Part shown: piece by piece, positions 10,691 through 18,198 of the stretch
Numbering within the stretch: position 1 is the first letter of the stretch
Layout: the number at the start of each line of letters is the position of its first letter
Made by a program: the position numbers and the translations under genes
Virus record (IMG/VR): IMGVR_UViG_3300020182_000047
Span: 1 to 53,998 of that record
DNA from: a virus
Taxonomy: Duplodnaviria; Caudoviricetes
DNA length: 53,998 bases
Strand: one strand, 5' to 3'
Notes under the pieces: generated by a model
Told to the model about the DNA's origin: nothing
Database searches by the model: none
Seen by the model: the letters and a program-made list of their open reading frames with translations, nothing else

Positions 10691-10709
10691 AAAAACACGT
10701 AATCTTATA
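10691..10709 (+). promoter_or_regulatory. Candidate late promoter motif (AAAAACACGTAATCTTATA)
   Basis: Intergenic; similar GT(A/G)AT-centred motifs occur at 25503, 26410 and 31994. Confidence 0.35.
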
Positions 10710-10733
10710 ACTATTAACAATAAACCAAAACCA

Positions 10734-11024
10734 ATGACACTTTTTTACCGCACTCATTCGTGGAGTAGTGAACCACAAATTACCGATGAAACCAAGAAGT
10801 TATGGAGGCATATAGCCGAAAAAACTAACTGGAGAATCACCCAATTACCAAACGGTTTTTTTCAAACCGAATACCAAGATCTAGAAAAAGAAGATGCTTG
10901 GAACGACGTAACCAGAAGAGAAACAGTCGCTGGTGCTGAAGCTGCTATTGATTCAACAGTAGAGCATTATGCTAAAAAGCTGGAATTCTTAGACGGGCCT
11001 AAAGTCGTTAAAACCTTTAAATAA
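10734..11024 (+). CDS. Hypothetical protein (96 aa)
   Basis: Clean ORF with an A-rich leader, first gene upstream of groEL. Confidence 0.7.
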   Translation: MTLFYRTHSWSSEPQITDETKKLWRHIAEKTNWRITQLPNGFFQTEYQDLEKEDAWNDVTRRETVAGAEAAIDSTVEHYAKKLEFLDGPKVVKTFK

Positions 11025-11049
11025 AATACTACTCAAATCAAATTAAATT

Positions 11050-12609
11050 ATGTCAGACGCAATTGTCAAGAACCTAAGTTTCGGTAACGAAGCTAAGGAC
11101 AAAGTATTTGAAGGTATCACAAAACTCACAAAAGCCGTTAGCTCCACGCTCGGGGCTAGCGGTAAATGTGTGATGCTTGAAGATGGAAATGGAAGACCAA
11201 TTATAACAAAAGACGGTGTAACAGTAGCGGATAGTATTATACTATTAGACCCTGTAGAAAATATGGGGGCTACACTTTTAAAAGAAGCTGCTAGAAAAAC
11301 CGTAAGCGAAGCAGGTGATGGTACAACAACCGCAACTGTATTAGCGCACTCTATACTAACTGAAGCTTACAATGTAGCTGATAAGATTAGTTCAAGGGAT
11401 TTAAAAATAGGTATAGACAATGCCGTAGATAAAGTAGTTAAATACTTAGAATCAATATCAGTTGGTGTTAGCGGCGATATGATAGATCAAATTGCTACTA
11501 TATCAACAAACAATGACGCAGAGCTTGGTAAACTAATCGGTGATGCTTTTAGAGCAGTTGATGAAACAGGTGTGGTTATGATGGAGACATCGTCAGATGG
11601 CACCACAGCAGTAGAAATAGTTGACGGAGTACAATACAACAAAGGGCTAACGAACTCACATTTTGTTACAAGCAAAAGTCAAAGAGTTGCTGAATTAGAA
11701 AACCCTTATGTATTATTAGTTGAATCACCAATTGATAATATTAGACAAATTCAAAGCGTGCTAGAGTTTGTTATAAAAGGTAATAAGTCTTTACTTGTAA
11801 TTGCAGACATAGACCAACCAGTACTTGCAACTTTAGCAATGAATAAAGTTAAAGGTAATTTAAAGATTAATGTTATCAATGCGCCAACATATGGTGTAGC
11901 TAAAAAAGAAACATTAGATGATCTTGCAATGCTAACTGGTGCTACTATTATAAACGAAGACTTAGGAGATGATTTAGATTTAATTAATCCTCAATACCTA
12001 GGTAATTGTATAAAAAGTGTAACTACAGACGAAGAAACAATATTACAAGTTGGAGAAGTTTCAGAAGAGGTTCAAGATACTATAAAAGGTATTAAAGAAA
12101 AACTTGTTACAACTAAAGAGCCTTACGAAATAGTAAAACTTGAAAAAAGATTAGCGAGACTAGCGGCTAAAATAGCTATTGTAAAAGTTGGTGCTAATTC
12201 TGAAATTGAGTTAAAAGAAAAGAAAGATAGGGTAGAAGATGCTATCTGCGCAACTAAAGCCGCAATTAAAGAAGGTATTGTACCTGGGGGTGGTATTGCA
12301 CTACTAAACGCATCGGAAACAGTTAAAGCTAAAACAATAGGTGAAGAAGCTTTATTAGAGGCTATTAAGGCGCCATTTAAGACCATTTTAGAAAATGCAG
12401 GTATAGAGTATCAAGAATCTCTTAGAGGCAAAGGAATTGGTCTAAATGTAATAACTGGTAAAAAAGTTAATATGATCAAACACGGGATTATTGATCCATT
12501 ACTGGTTACTAAAAGTGCGCTTAGAAATGCAGCTTCAGTTGCTACAACTATTTTATCTACGGATTGTGTAATTAATAACTTAAGGGTAACGAATGAAAGC
12601 AATAGGTAG
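11050..12609 (+). CDS. groEL: Phage-encoded group I chaperonin GroEL
   Basis: ITKDGVTVA, AGDGTTTATVLA, KDRVEDA..ATKAA..EGIVPGGG and GIIDP motifs; no GGM tail. Confidence 0.97.
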   Translation: MSDAIVKNLSFGNEAKDKVFEGITKLTKAVSSTLGASGKCVMLEDGNGRPIITKDGVTVADSIILLDPVENMGATLLKEAARKTVSEAGDGTTTATVLAHSILTEAYNVADKISSRDLKIGIDNAVDKVVKYLESISVGVSGDMIDQIATISTNNDAELGKLIGDAFRAVDETGVVMMETSSDGTTAVEIVDGVQYNKGLTNSHFVTSKSQRVAELENPYVLLVESPIDNIRQIQSVLEFVIKGNKSLLVIADIDQPVLATLAMNKVKGNLKINVINAPTYGVAKKETLDDLAMLTGATIINEDLGDDLDLINPQYLGNCIKSVTTDEETILQVGEVSEEVQDTIKGIKEKLVTTKEPYEIVKLEKRLARLAAKIAIVKVGANSEIELKEKKDRVEDAICATKAAIKEGIVPGGGIALLNASETVKAKTIGEEALLEAIKAPFKTILENAGIEYQESLRGKGIGLNVITGKKVNMIKHGIIDPLLVTKSALRNAASVATTILSTDCVINNLRVTNESNR

Positions 12610-12853
12610 AAACTTAATAATAGAAAAAGTAAAAGAAGGTACTACTGAAACAAAAGGTGGTTTACTTCTTGCCGAGAACCAAAGGGAAGACATTAGGTAT
12701 ATTATGGCTAATGTAATTTCTGTAGGTGATGAAACAGCTGGTATAAAAGAAGGTGATCAAATTTATTATGATCGTCATGCCGGACATAAAATAGAGGTAG
12801 AAAAAAATATTTACCATATTATAAAATTACAAGATGTAGTTGTTGTTCTATGA
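12593..12853 (+). CDS. groES: Co-chaperonin GroES
   Basis: MKAIGRNLII..ETKGGLLL..VISVG..IKEGD.I.Y pattern; overlaps the end of groEL. Confidence 0.9.
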   Translation: MKAIGRNLIIEKVKEGTTETKGGLLLAENQREDIRYIMANVISVGDETAGIKEGDQIYYDRHAGHKIEVEKNIYHIIKLQDVVVVL

Positions 12854-13296
12854 AAAGGCTAGAAGCAGGAGATGTTCGAGAACTTAACCTGTTAAAACAT
12901 TATCGAATAATAAGACAATGGGCTAGTAGAAACAACAACTTAAATGATGCGGATTTAGAATTACTGATCTACTTTGATTGCATGGGTTTTTTTACTAAGC
13001 AAGATTATAAAATCGGTACGTATGCTTATAGCTGGGATAACAAGCGCTGGAACAGACTATTGAAAGAAGGGTGGATTACGGTTTGGAGAAAAAGAAACCA
13101 TACCACTCAAAAATATCATATATATAAAGTTTCATTTAAGTGCAAACAGCTTATAAGTAGAATGTATCGTATTATGCTTGGTGAAGAAGATATACCTACA
13201 AGTCACAGAAGAAACAAAATAATGAAGGGTAATACCTATATGGATACGGTTCTTAAGACTGCAATTAATAATGTAAATAAAGATAAAGATAGATAA
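12850..13296 (+). CDS. Putative winged-helix (MarR-like) DNA-binding protein
   Basis: LNDADLELL...RLLKEGWITV.R......Y.VS resembles a wHTH; basic. Confidence 0.4.
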   Translation: MKRLEAGDVRELNLLKHYRIIRQWASRNNNLNDADLELLIYFDCMGFFTKQDYKIGTYAYSWDNKRWNRLLKEGWITVWRKRNHTTQKYHIYKVSFKCKQLISRMYRIMLGEEDIPTSHRRNKIMKGNTYMDTVLKTAINNVNKDKDR

Positions 13297-13297
13297 T

Positions 13298-13573
13298 ATG
13301 TACAATCCAAACGAACAAATGATAGACCCAATGACTGGCATGCCAATGCAGCAAACAGTTGTTCCGCCAGCACCTAGTAATACATTAGGTAATGCAAAAC
13401 CTGTTTTTAACAGTACAGCGCAAACAGCTGCTCAAGGTCTTTACGGTGATGTTGAACAAAGACAAATGTCTTTAGGTAATAGAACACCTTTGTTTTTTAA
13501 AGATCAAACTGGTGATGGTAAAATCACTAGAGCTGATGTTATTAAAGCTAGAACCGAAGGGTATAAAGAATAA
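13298..13573 (+). CDS. Small hypothetical protein with EF-hand-like loop
   Basis: C-terminal DQTGDGKITRADV. Confidence 0.55.
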   Translation: MYNPNEQMIDPMTGMPMQQTVVPPAPSNTLGNAKPVFNSTAQTAAQGLYGDVEQRQMSLGNRTPLFFKDQTGDGKITRADVIKARTEGYKE

Positions 13574-13815
13574 TGATTAAACTAATAAAAAATATTATGA
13601 AAAAAACTATAACACCAGCTGTAAGTAAAATAGAAGCTCATGGCACAACGGGGGCTAATGCTTTATGGGATGGGCCGTTAGATACCACTGGTTTTCCAAT
13701 GGGTAAAGGTTCTAGCAGCGGAAAAAATGGTATGAAAGTTAATATGGCAGATGTTCCTTATTCAGAGGGACCTATTACGTCTAAGACTTATGCTAAGGGA
13801 AATGGCAGGGGCTGA
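13573..13815 (+). CDS. Small hypothetical protein (start may be 13597)
   Basis: Translationally coupled ORF with WDGP..FPMGKGSS.G motif. Confidence 0.6.
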   Translation: MIKLIKNIMKKTITPAVSKIEAHGTTGANALWDGPLDTTGFPMGKGSSSGKNGMKVNMADVPYSEGPITSKTYAKGNGRG

Positions 13816-13954
13816 TATTAAGCTGTACATAATTAACGCAATATCTTTATTAGTTTCTATGACAAGCATCGAGCCTGTATTGAAGATCATGCTATTAGTA
13901 GTTACTATAGGGTATACTGTTAATAAGTGGTATCACTTGTATAAGAAAAAGTAA
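13802..13954 (+). CDS. Putative holin (small membrane protein)
   Basis: 50 aa from the ATG at 13802, with two hydrophobic segments and a basic KKK tail; directly upstream of the endolysin. Confidence 0.55.
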   Translation: MAGADIKLYIINAISLLVSMTSIEPVLKIMLLVVTIGYTVNKWYHLYKKK

Positions 13955-13955
13955 A

Positions 13956-14411
13956 ATGATTAGTAAGCACATATCTGATAAAGAAGGTAATTATTCAAGG
14001 ACCGCTTTAAGACGCGGTATAGATAATACTCCTGAGCCATATCACTTGGTTAATATGCAGGTTATTGCTGAACTAGTTTTTGAACCGCTTAGAGAATGGG
14101 TTAAAGGACCTATTAAGATTAATTCATTTTACAGATGTAAAGAATTAAATTCAGCTATAGGTGGAAGTGTTAAATCTCAACATTGTGAAGGTAGAGCTAT
14201 TGATATTGACGATACATTTGGTTATAAGACTAATGCTCAAATGTTCGAATATATTAAAGATAATTTAGATTTTGATCAATTAATCTGGGAATTTGGAGAC
14301 AATAAAAATCCTGATTGGGTTCATGTTAGTTATGTCTCTATTGATGAAAATAGAAGAAGAATATTAAAAGCTTATAAGCTTAATGGCAAAACAACTTATA
14401 AAATTATATAA
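13956..14411 (+). CDS. Endolysin, peptidase M15A (D-Ala-D-Ala carboxypeptidase-like)
   Basis: INSFYRC..LNSAIGGS..SQHCEGRAIDID...WVHVSY zinc peptidase motifs. Confidence 0.88.
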   Translation: MISKHISDKEGNYSRTALRRGIDNTPEPYHLVNMQVIAELVFEPLREWVKGPIKINSFYRCKELNSAIGGSVKSQHCEGRAIDIDDTFGYKTNAQMFEYIKDNLDFDQLIWEFGDNKNPDWVHVSYVSIDENRRRILKAYKLNGKTTYKII

Positions 14412-14695
14412 TGGCGTATATACAAAACTCTCCTCTTAATAAGCTTAAGAAAACAACTAAAGGCAAAGGAAGACACTTCCTTACTGCCAAAGAAGGCGCT
14501 GGAATGACAGAGGCTGGGCGTAAAGCTTACAACAAAGAAACAGGCGGTGATTTAAAAGCTCCACAGCCAGGAGGGGGTGCTCGTAAAAAAAGCTATTGCG
14601 CTAGATCTAAGGGTCAAATGAATATGCATAATATAGATTGTTCAAAAACACCAGATAAAAGAATTTGTGCCGCTAGGCGTAGATGGAAATGTTAA
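14411..14695 (+). CDS. Small basic Cys-containing phage protein
   Basis: GMTEAGRKAYN..TGGDLKAP..RKKSYCARSKGQ...RRRWKC; N-terminus MAYIQNSPL. Confidence 0.7.
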   Translation: MAYIQNSPLNKLKKTTKGKGRHFLTAKEGAGMTEAGRKAYNKETGGDLKAPQPGGGARKKSYCARSKGQMNMHNIDCSKTPDKRICAARRRWKC

Positions 14696-14716
14696 TTAAT
14701 AAATAAAATAAATATT

Positions 14717-14926
14717 ATGCCAAACATTAGTAAAAAAACAGCTTACGACGTTAAGGAAGCAAGCAACCAATCACTTACTGCATCAGCTAGAAAAAACTAT
14801 GCAAAAGATGCTCAAGCAGGAATGAAAGACGATAGTCCAATGTCTATGTATGGATCACCTGCTAAAATGAACAACTCTCCAATGCAAATGAAAGGTTCTT
14901 GGATGAGTAAGCACTGCTCAAAGTAA
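14717..14926 (+). CDS. Small protein with SPxxM repeats
   Basis: DDSPMSMYGSPAKMNNSPMQMKGSWM. Confidence 0.65.
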   Translation: MPNISKKTAYDVKEASNQSLTASARKNYAKDAQAGMKDDSPMSMYGSPAKMNNSPMQMKGSWMSKHCSK

Positions 14927-15093
14927 TGGAATCCAAAGGTTTAGGTGACACTATAGAAAAGATCACTACAGCAACTGGTATTAAAACCGTAGTTGATAAA
15001 GTGTCAGAGGGTCTTAATATTCCTTGTGGTTGCCAAAAAAGAAAAGAAGCTTTAAATAATATGTTTCCTTATAATGGCGTTCAAACTAAATAA
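14926..15093 (+). CDS. Small CxC protein (55 aa; not in ORF track)
   Basis: TAATG-coupled start; MESKGLGDTIEKITTATGIKTVVDKVSEGLNIPCGCQKRKEALNNMFPYNGVQTK. Confidence 0.7.
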   Translation: MESKGLGDTIEKITTATGIKTVVDKVSEGLNIPCGCQKRKEALNNMFPYNGVQTK

Positions 15094-15394
15094 TCCTCCA
15101 TATTTTATTGATAATACACCAATATACAAAACCGACTTAGGTAATGATATATTAGGTAAAGCTAATAAAAATGGTAGTATATTAGTAAACAAAAATATAA
15201 CAGACGAAAAACAAATAAATGATGTTATAAAACATGAAAAAGTTCATCTTGATCAAATGCAAAGAGGCGACTTAGATTATAACGACAGTGCAGTTTTTTG
15301 GAAAGGTAAAAAATATTCAAGGGCGCAAATGAAAGAAGGCGCTAAAAATCTTCCTTGGGAAAAAGAAGCTTATAATAGATCTAAAACAAAATAA
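15074..15394 (+). CDS. Small zincin-like metallopeptidase
   Basis: HEKVH with downstream PWEKEAY; MAFKL N-terminus. Confidence 0.65.
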   Translation: MAFKLNNPPYFIDNTPIYKTDLGNDILGKANKNGSILVNKNITDEKQINDVIKHEKVHLDQMQRGDLDYNDSAVFWKGKKYSRAQMKEGAKNLPWEKEAYNRSKTK

Positions 15395-15396
15395 CT

Positions 15397-16071
15397 ATGG
15401 CATTTAAATTAAAAAATTCAAGTCCATTTAGTTTGATTAATGAAGGGCCTGGTGATGATACTAAAAAACAAAGCTCACCAAAAGCTAACTCTGAATCAAT
15501 AAATAAAATAAATGAATGGAATAAGTCAAGATTAGCAACTGGAAGATTTAATGACCAATTAGGCGGAGGTAAGTTAAAAAACCAAAGCGATAATATGACT
15601 TCTACAAAAATAGTTAGTAAAGAAAAATATTTGAGAGATATTGATCCCGAGTTAGGACCAGCTTCAGGAGCTTACAGTCCGGAAGATCATACCATGTTCT
15701 CGGAACCTTCTTTAACAGAAAGAGTTATAAATAAATTTACCGGTAGATCCGGAACTAAATTTCACGAAACCGCTCATTCCGCAAGAGCTATTCCGCAAAT
15801 AAATAAAATTAAAGAGGTAATAAAGACTAAAACTGAAGATCCATATTATAACAATCCAGAAGAAACATATTCCAAATTAATGGAATTAAGAATTGACAAT
15901 AATGTTAATCCTAATAAGTTTTGGAGCAAAAAAGATTTACCTGAGTTAAGAAGTATGTCTAAGCGATTTGACAAGCCATTTTTAGAATATTACAGTGACA
16001 ACGAGCTTTTGGATTTAATGAACAAAGTTGCTGTAAACAATAAAAAAACAAATAATAAAAATATAGTATAA
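15397..16071 (+). CDS. Putative zincin-like metallopeptidase
   Basis: GAY...HETAH...PEETYS; N-terminus MAFKLKNSSPF. Confidence 0.55.
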   Translation: MAFKLKNSSPFSLINEGPGDDTKKQSSPKANSESINKINEWNKSRLATGRFNDQLGGGKLKNQSDNMTSTKIVSKEKYLRDIDPELGPASGAYSPEDHTMFSEPSLTERVINKFTGRSGTKFHETAHSARAIPQINKIKEVIKTKTEDPYYNNPEETYSKLMELRIDNNVNPNKFWSKKDLPELRSMSKRFDKPFLEYYSDNELLDLMNKVAVNNKKTNNKNIV

Positions 16072-16083
16072 AACAAAATAATT

Positions 16084-16416
16084 ATGGCGTTTAAAATGAA
16101 ACACAGTAGTCCTTTAAGTATGATTAATAAAGGAAAAAAAGACAACACCAAAGATGGAGGCAGAATGAGTGCTTCTGAAGCGTCTGCGTCTGCAAAGCCG
16201 GATATGGAAGTAACCATTACAGCTAAAAAGAAAACTGTACCTAGAGGATATGCAGCTCCGGCCGGAGATGTTAAAAAAGGTAGAAAAGTTAAAGAGATAA
16301 AAAAAGAAAGAAAATTTGACACAGTATCTTTATCTCAAAAAGAAAAACAAGGCGCAAAAGGTGCTAAATGGGCTAAAACAAAAACTTATAGCGTACAGAA
16401 CGTAAAGTTTAACTAG
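16084..16416 (+). CDS. Basic hypothetical protein with MAFKM..SSP leader
   Basis: Lys-rich; first ~23 aa are homologous to those of 15397. Confidence 0.6.
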   Translation: MAFKMKHSSPLSMINKGKKDNTKDGGRMSASEASASAKPDMEVTITAKKKTVPRGYAAPAGDVKKGRKVKEIKKERKFDTVSLSQKEKQGAKGAKWAKTKTYSVQNVKFN

Positions 16417-16418
16417 TT

Positions 16419-16877
16419 ATGCCTAAAGATAAAAAGCCTTTTAAAGAAACCGGGCTGGGTAAATTTTTACTCGGCGCTGGTTCTACTATTATAGATGTAG
16501 TAGGCGATGTGCTTCCAGATAAAGGTCTTTTAGGCGTAGTAAAAAATTTAATAGATAAAGATCCAGATCTTAGCGATGATCAAAAAGCTGAAGCTCACGA
16601 TAGATTAGTAGAACTTTATAGATTAGAAGTAGAAGATAGGGATTCTGCTAGAAAAAGAGAGGCTGCTATAGTTAAGGCTGGCGGCTCAGACTGGATGATG
16701 TCTTTAACAGGTATTATAGGATTAGCAGCATTTGCTTTTTTAGTTTATACAGTAGTTACTACAGAAGTACCGCAATCGAATAAAGAAATTTTTATACATT
16801 TGCTAGGAATCGTTGAAGGGGTAGCATTGTCAATATTTGGATACTACTTTGGATCAGCTGTTAAAGAAAATAAATAA
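16419..16877 (+). CDS. Membrane protein, holin (3TM/GTA-type)-like
   Basis: DRDSARKRE followed by two TM helices ending GYYFGS. Confidence 0.6.
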   Translation: MPKDKKPFKETGLGKFLLGAGSTIIDVVGDVLPDKGLLGVVKNLIDKDPDLSDDQKAEAHDRLVELYRLEVEDRDSARKREAAIVKAGGSDWMMSLTGIIGLAAFAFLVYTVVTTEVPQSNKEIFIHLLGIVEGVALSIFGYYFGSAVKENK

Positions 16878-16903
16878 CGATTAATTAAATCAAATTAAAT
16901 TAA

Positions 16904-17149
16904 ATGAAAAAAGTACAAGAAATTACAAAAGAGCAATTAACAAAAATCCAAGAACAGCAAAAAAACTTGACTGATATTTTAAAAGATATTGGTTTTGTAG
17001 AAGTTCAAAAGCATGCTTTATTACATAAACAAGCTGGACTAAACGAAGAAATTGAAGCTTTTAAAGCTGAACTTGAGAAAGAGTATGGAGCCATAACTAT
17101 TGATATAGAAACTGGCACTTATACTGAAATAGTTAAAGAAGAAGAGTAA
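16904..17149 (+). CDS. Coiled-coil hypothetical protein
   Basis: Heptad pattern; LEKEYG.I.IDIETG C-terminus. Confidence 0.65.
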   Translation: MKKVQEITKEQLTKIQEQQKNLTDILKDIGFVEVQKHALLHKQAGLNEEIEAFKAELEKEYGAITIDIETGTYTEIVKEEE

Positions 17150-17376
17150 TGGCTTCTGTTATAAGAAAAATAAGTATAGGCTCTGACTACAAGAACGACG
17201 CAATGCATTATGCTGTTGGTCAATCTGTTTATGGTGGTCACGAAATAGCCTATATATTATTCGACGAAGAAGATAGCTCTTATAACATTCACATAAAGAA
17301 AAGCAACGAGGTAATGCCATGGAAGAAGTTTAATTCCAACATGGCAATATCTGTTGAGTATGATCTCGAGTACTAA
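17149..17376 (+). CDS. Hypothetical protein (75 aa)
   Basis: Coupled by TAATG on both sides; IRKISIG.DYK..AMHY.VGQ. Confidence 0.7.
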   Translation: MASVIRKISIGSDYKNDAMHYAVGQSVYGGHEIAYILFDEEDSSYNIHIKKSNEVMPWKKFNSNMAISVEYDLEY

Positions 17377-17981
17377 TGAGAAGTATTTACGACTTCATTG
17401 TGAAGCCAGTTGGGAAGCGCTATGATAATGAGAAAAAAGTAGGGGATAAAACATTAATTACAAACTCATCAATAGAAACATTTAAATCTGTAAATAATTT
17501 TGCAGAAGTTGTAGCTACGCCATTAGCGTATGATACAGGAATAAGTGTTGGTGATATAATTGTAATACACCATAATGTTTTTAGAAGATTCTACGATATG
17601 AAAGGTAATCAAAAAGATAGTAGATCAATGTTTATTGATGGATTATATTTTGTTGCACCAGATCAGATATATTTATATGGAAAACCAAAAAAATGGAAAG
17701 CATTTAACGACAGATGCTTTGTTATTCCAATTAAAAATAAAGACAGCTTCTCTCTTGAAAAAGAGCAAAAGCTTATTGGTATACTTAAATACGGTAATAG
17801 TTCCTTACAAGCGCTAGGAATCAATCCTGGGGACCTTATTGGTTATACTCCAGGCGGGGAATTTGAATTTGTGGTTGATGACAAGAAATTATACTGTATG
17901 AAATCTAATGATATTGTAATTAAATATGAATACCAAGGAAACGAAGAAGAATATAATCCTAGCTGGGCAACGAGCAGTTGA
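17376..17981 (+). CDS. Tandem GroES-like fold protein
   Basis: Two halves each resemble GroES: FIVKP...EVVATP...ISVGDIIVIHH and DRCFVIP...GILKY...INPGDLIGY...LYCMKSNDIV. Confidence 0.5.
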   Translation: MRSIYDFIVKPVGKRYDNEKKVGDKTLITNSSIETFKSVNNFAEVVATPLAYDTGISVGDIIVIHHNVFRRFYDMKGNQKDSRSMFIDGLYFVAPDQIYLYGKPKKWKAFNDRCFVIPIKNKDSFSLEKEQKLIGILKYGNSSLQALGINPGDLIGYTPGGEFEFVVDDKKLYCMKSNDIVIKYEYQGNEEEYNPSWATSS

Positions 17982-18198
17982 GGAATTAATAAAAGTAGCT
18001 AGAGAAAAAATAGTTGACTCGGATGATGATATATCAGCTGATAGATTAAAAAATGCTGCTGCTACAAAAAAATTAGCAATATTTGATGCTTTTGAAATAC
18101 TTTCACGTATTGAACAAGAAGAACAATTGTTAAATGATGAATCTGCTGATACACCACAAAAAAATTTCAGAGGTTTTGCTGAAGGTAGATCTAAGTAA
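17926..18198 (+). CDS. Putative terminase small subunit
   Basis: Small helical protein coupled (TAATG) to terL; assigned by position. Confidence 0.45.
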   Translation: MNTKETKKNIILAGQRAVEELIKVAREKIVDSDDDISADRLKNAAATKKLAIFDAFEILSRIEQEEQLLNDESADTPQKNFRGFAEGRSK

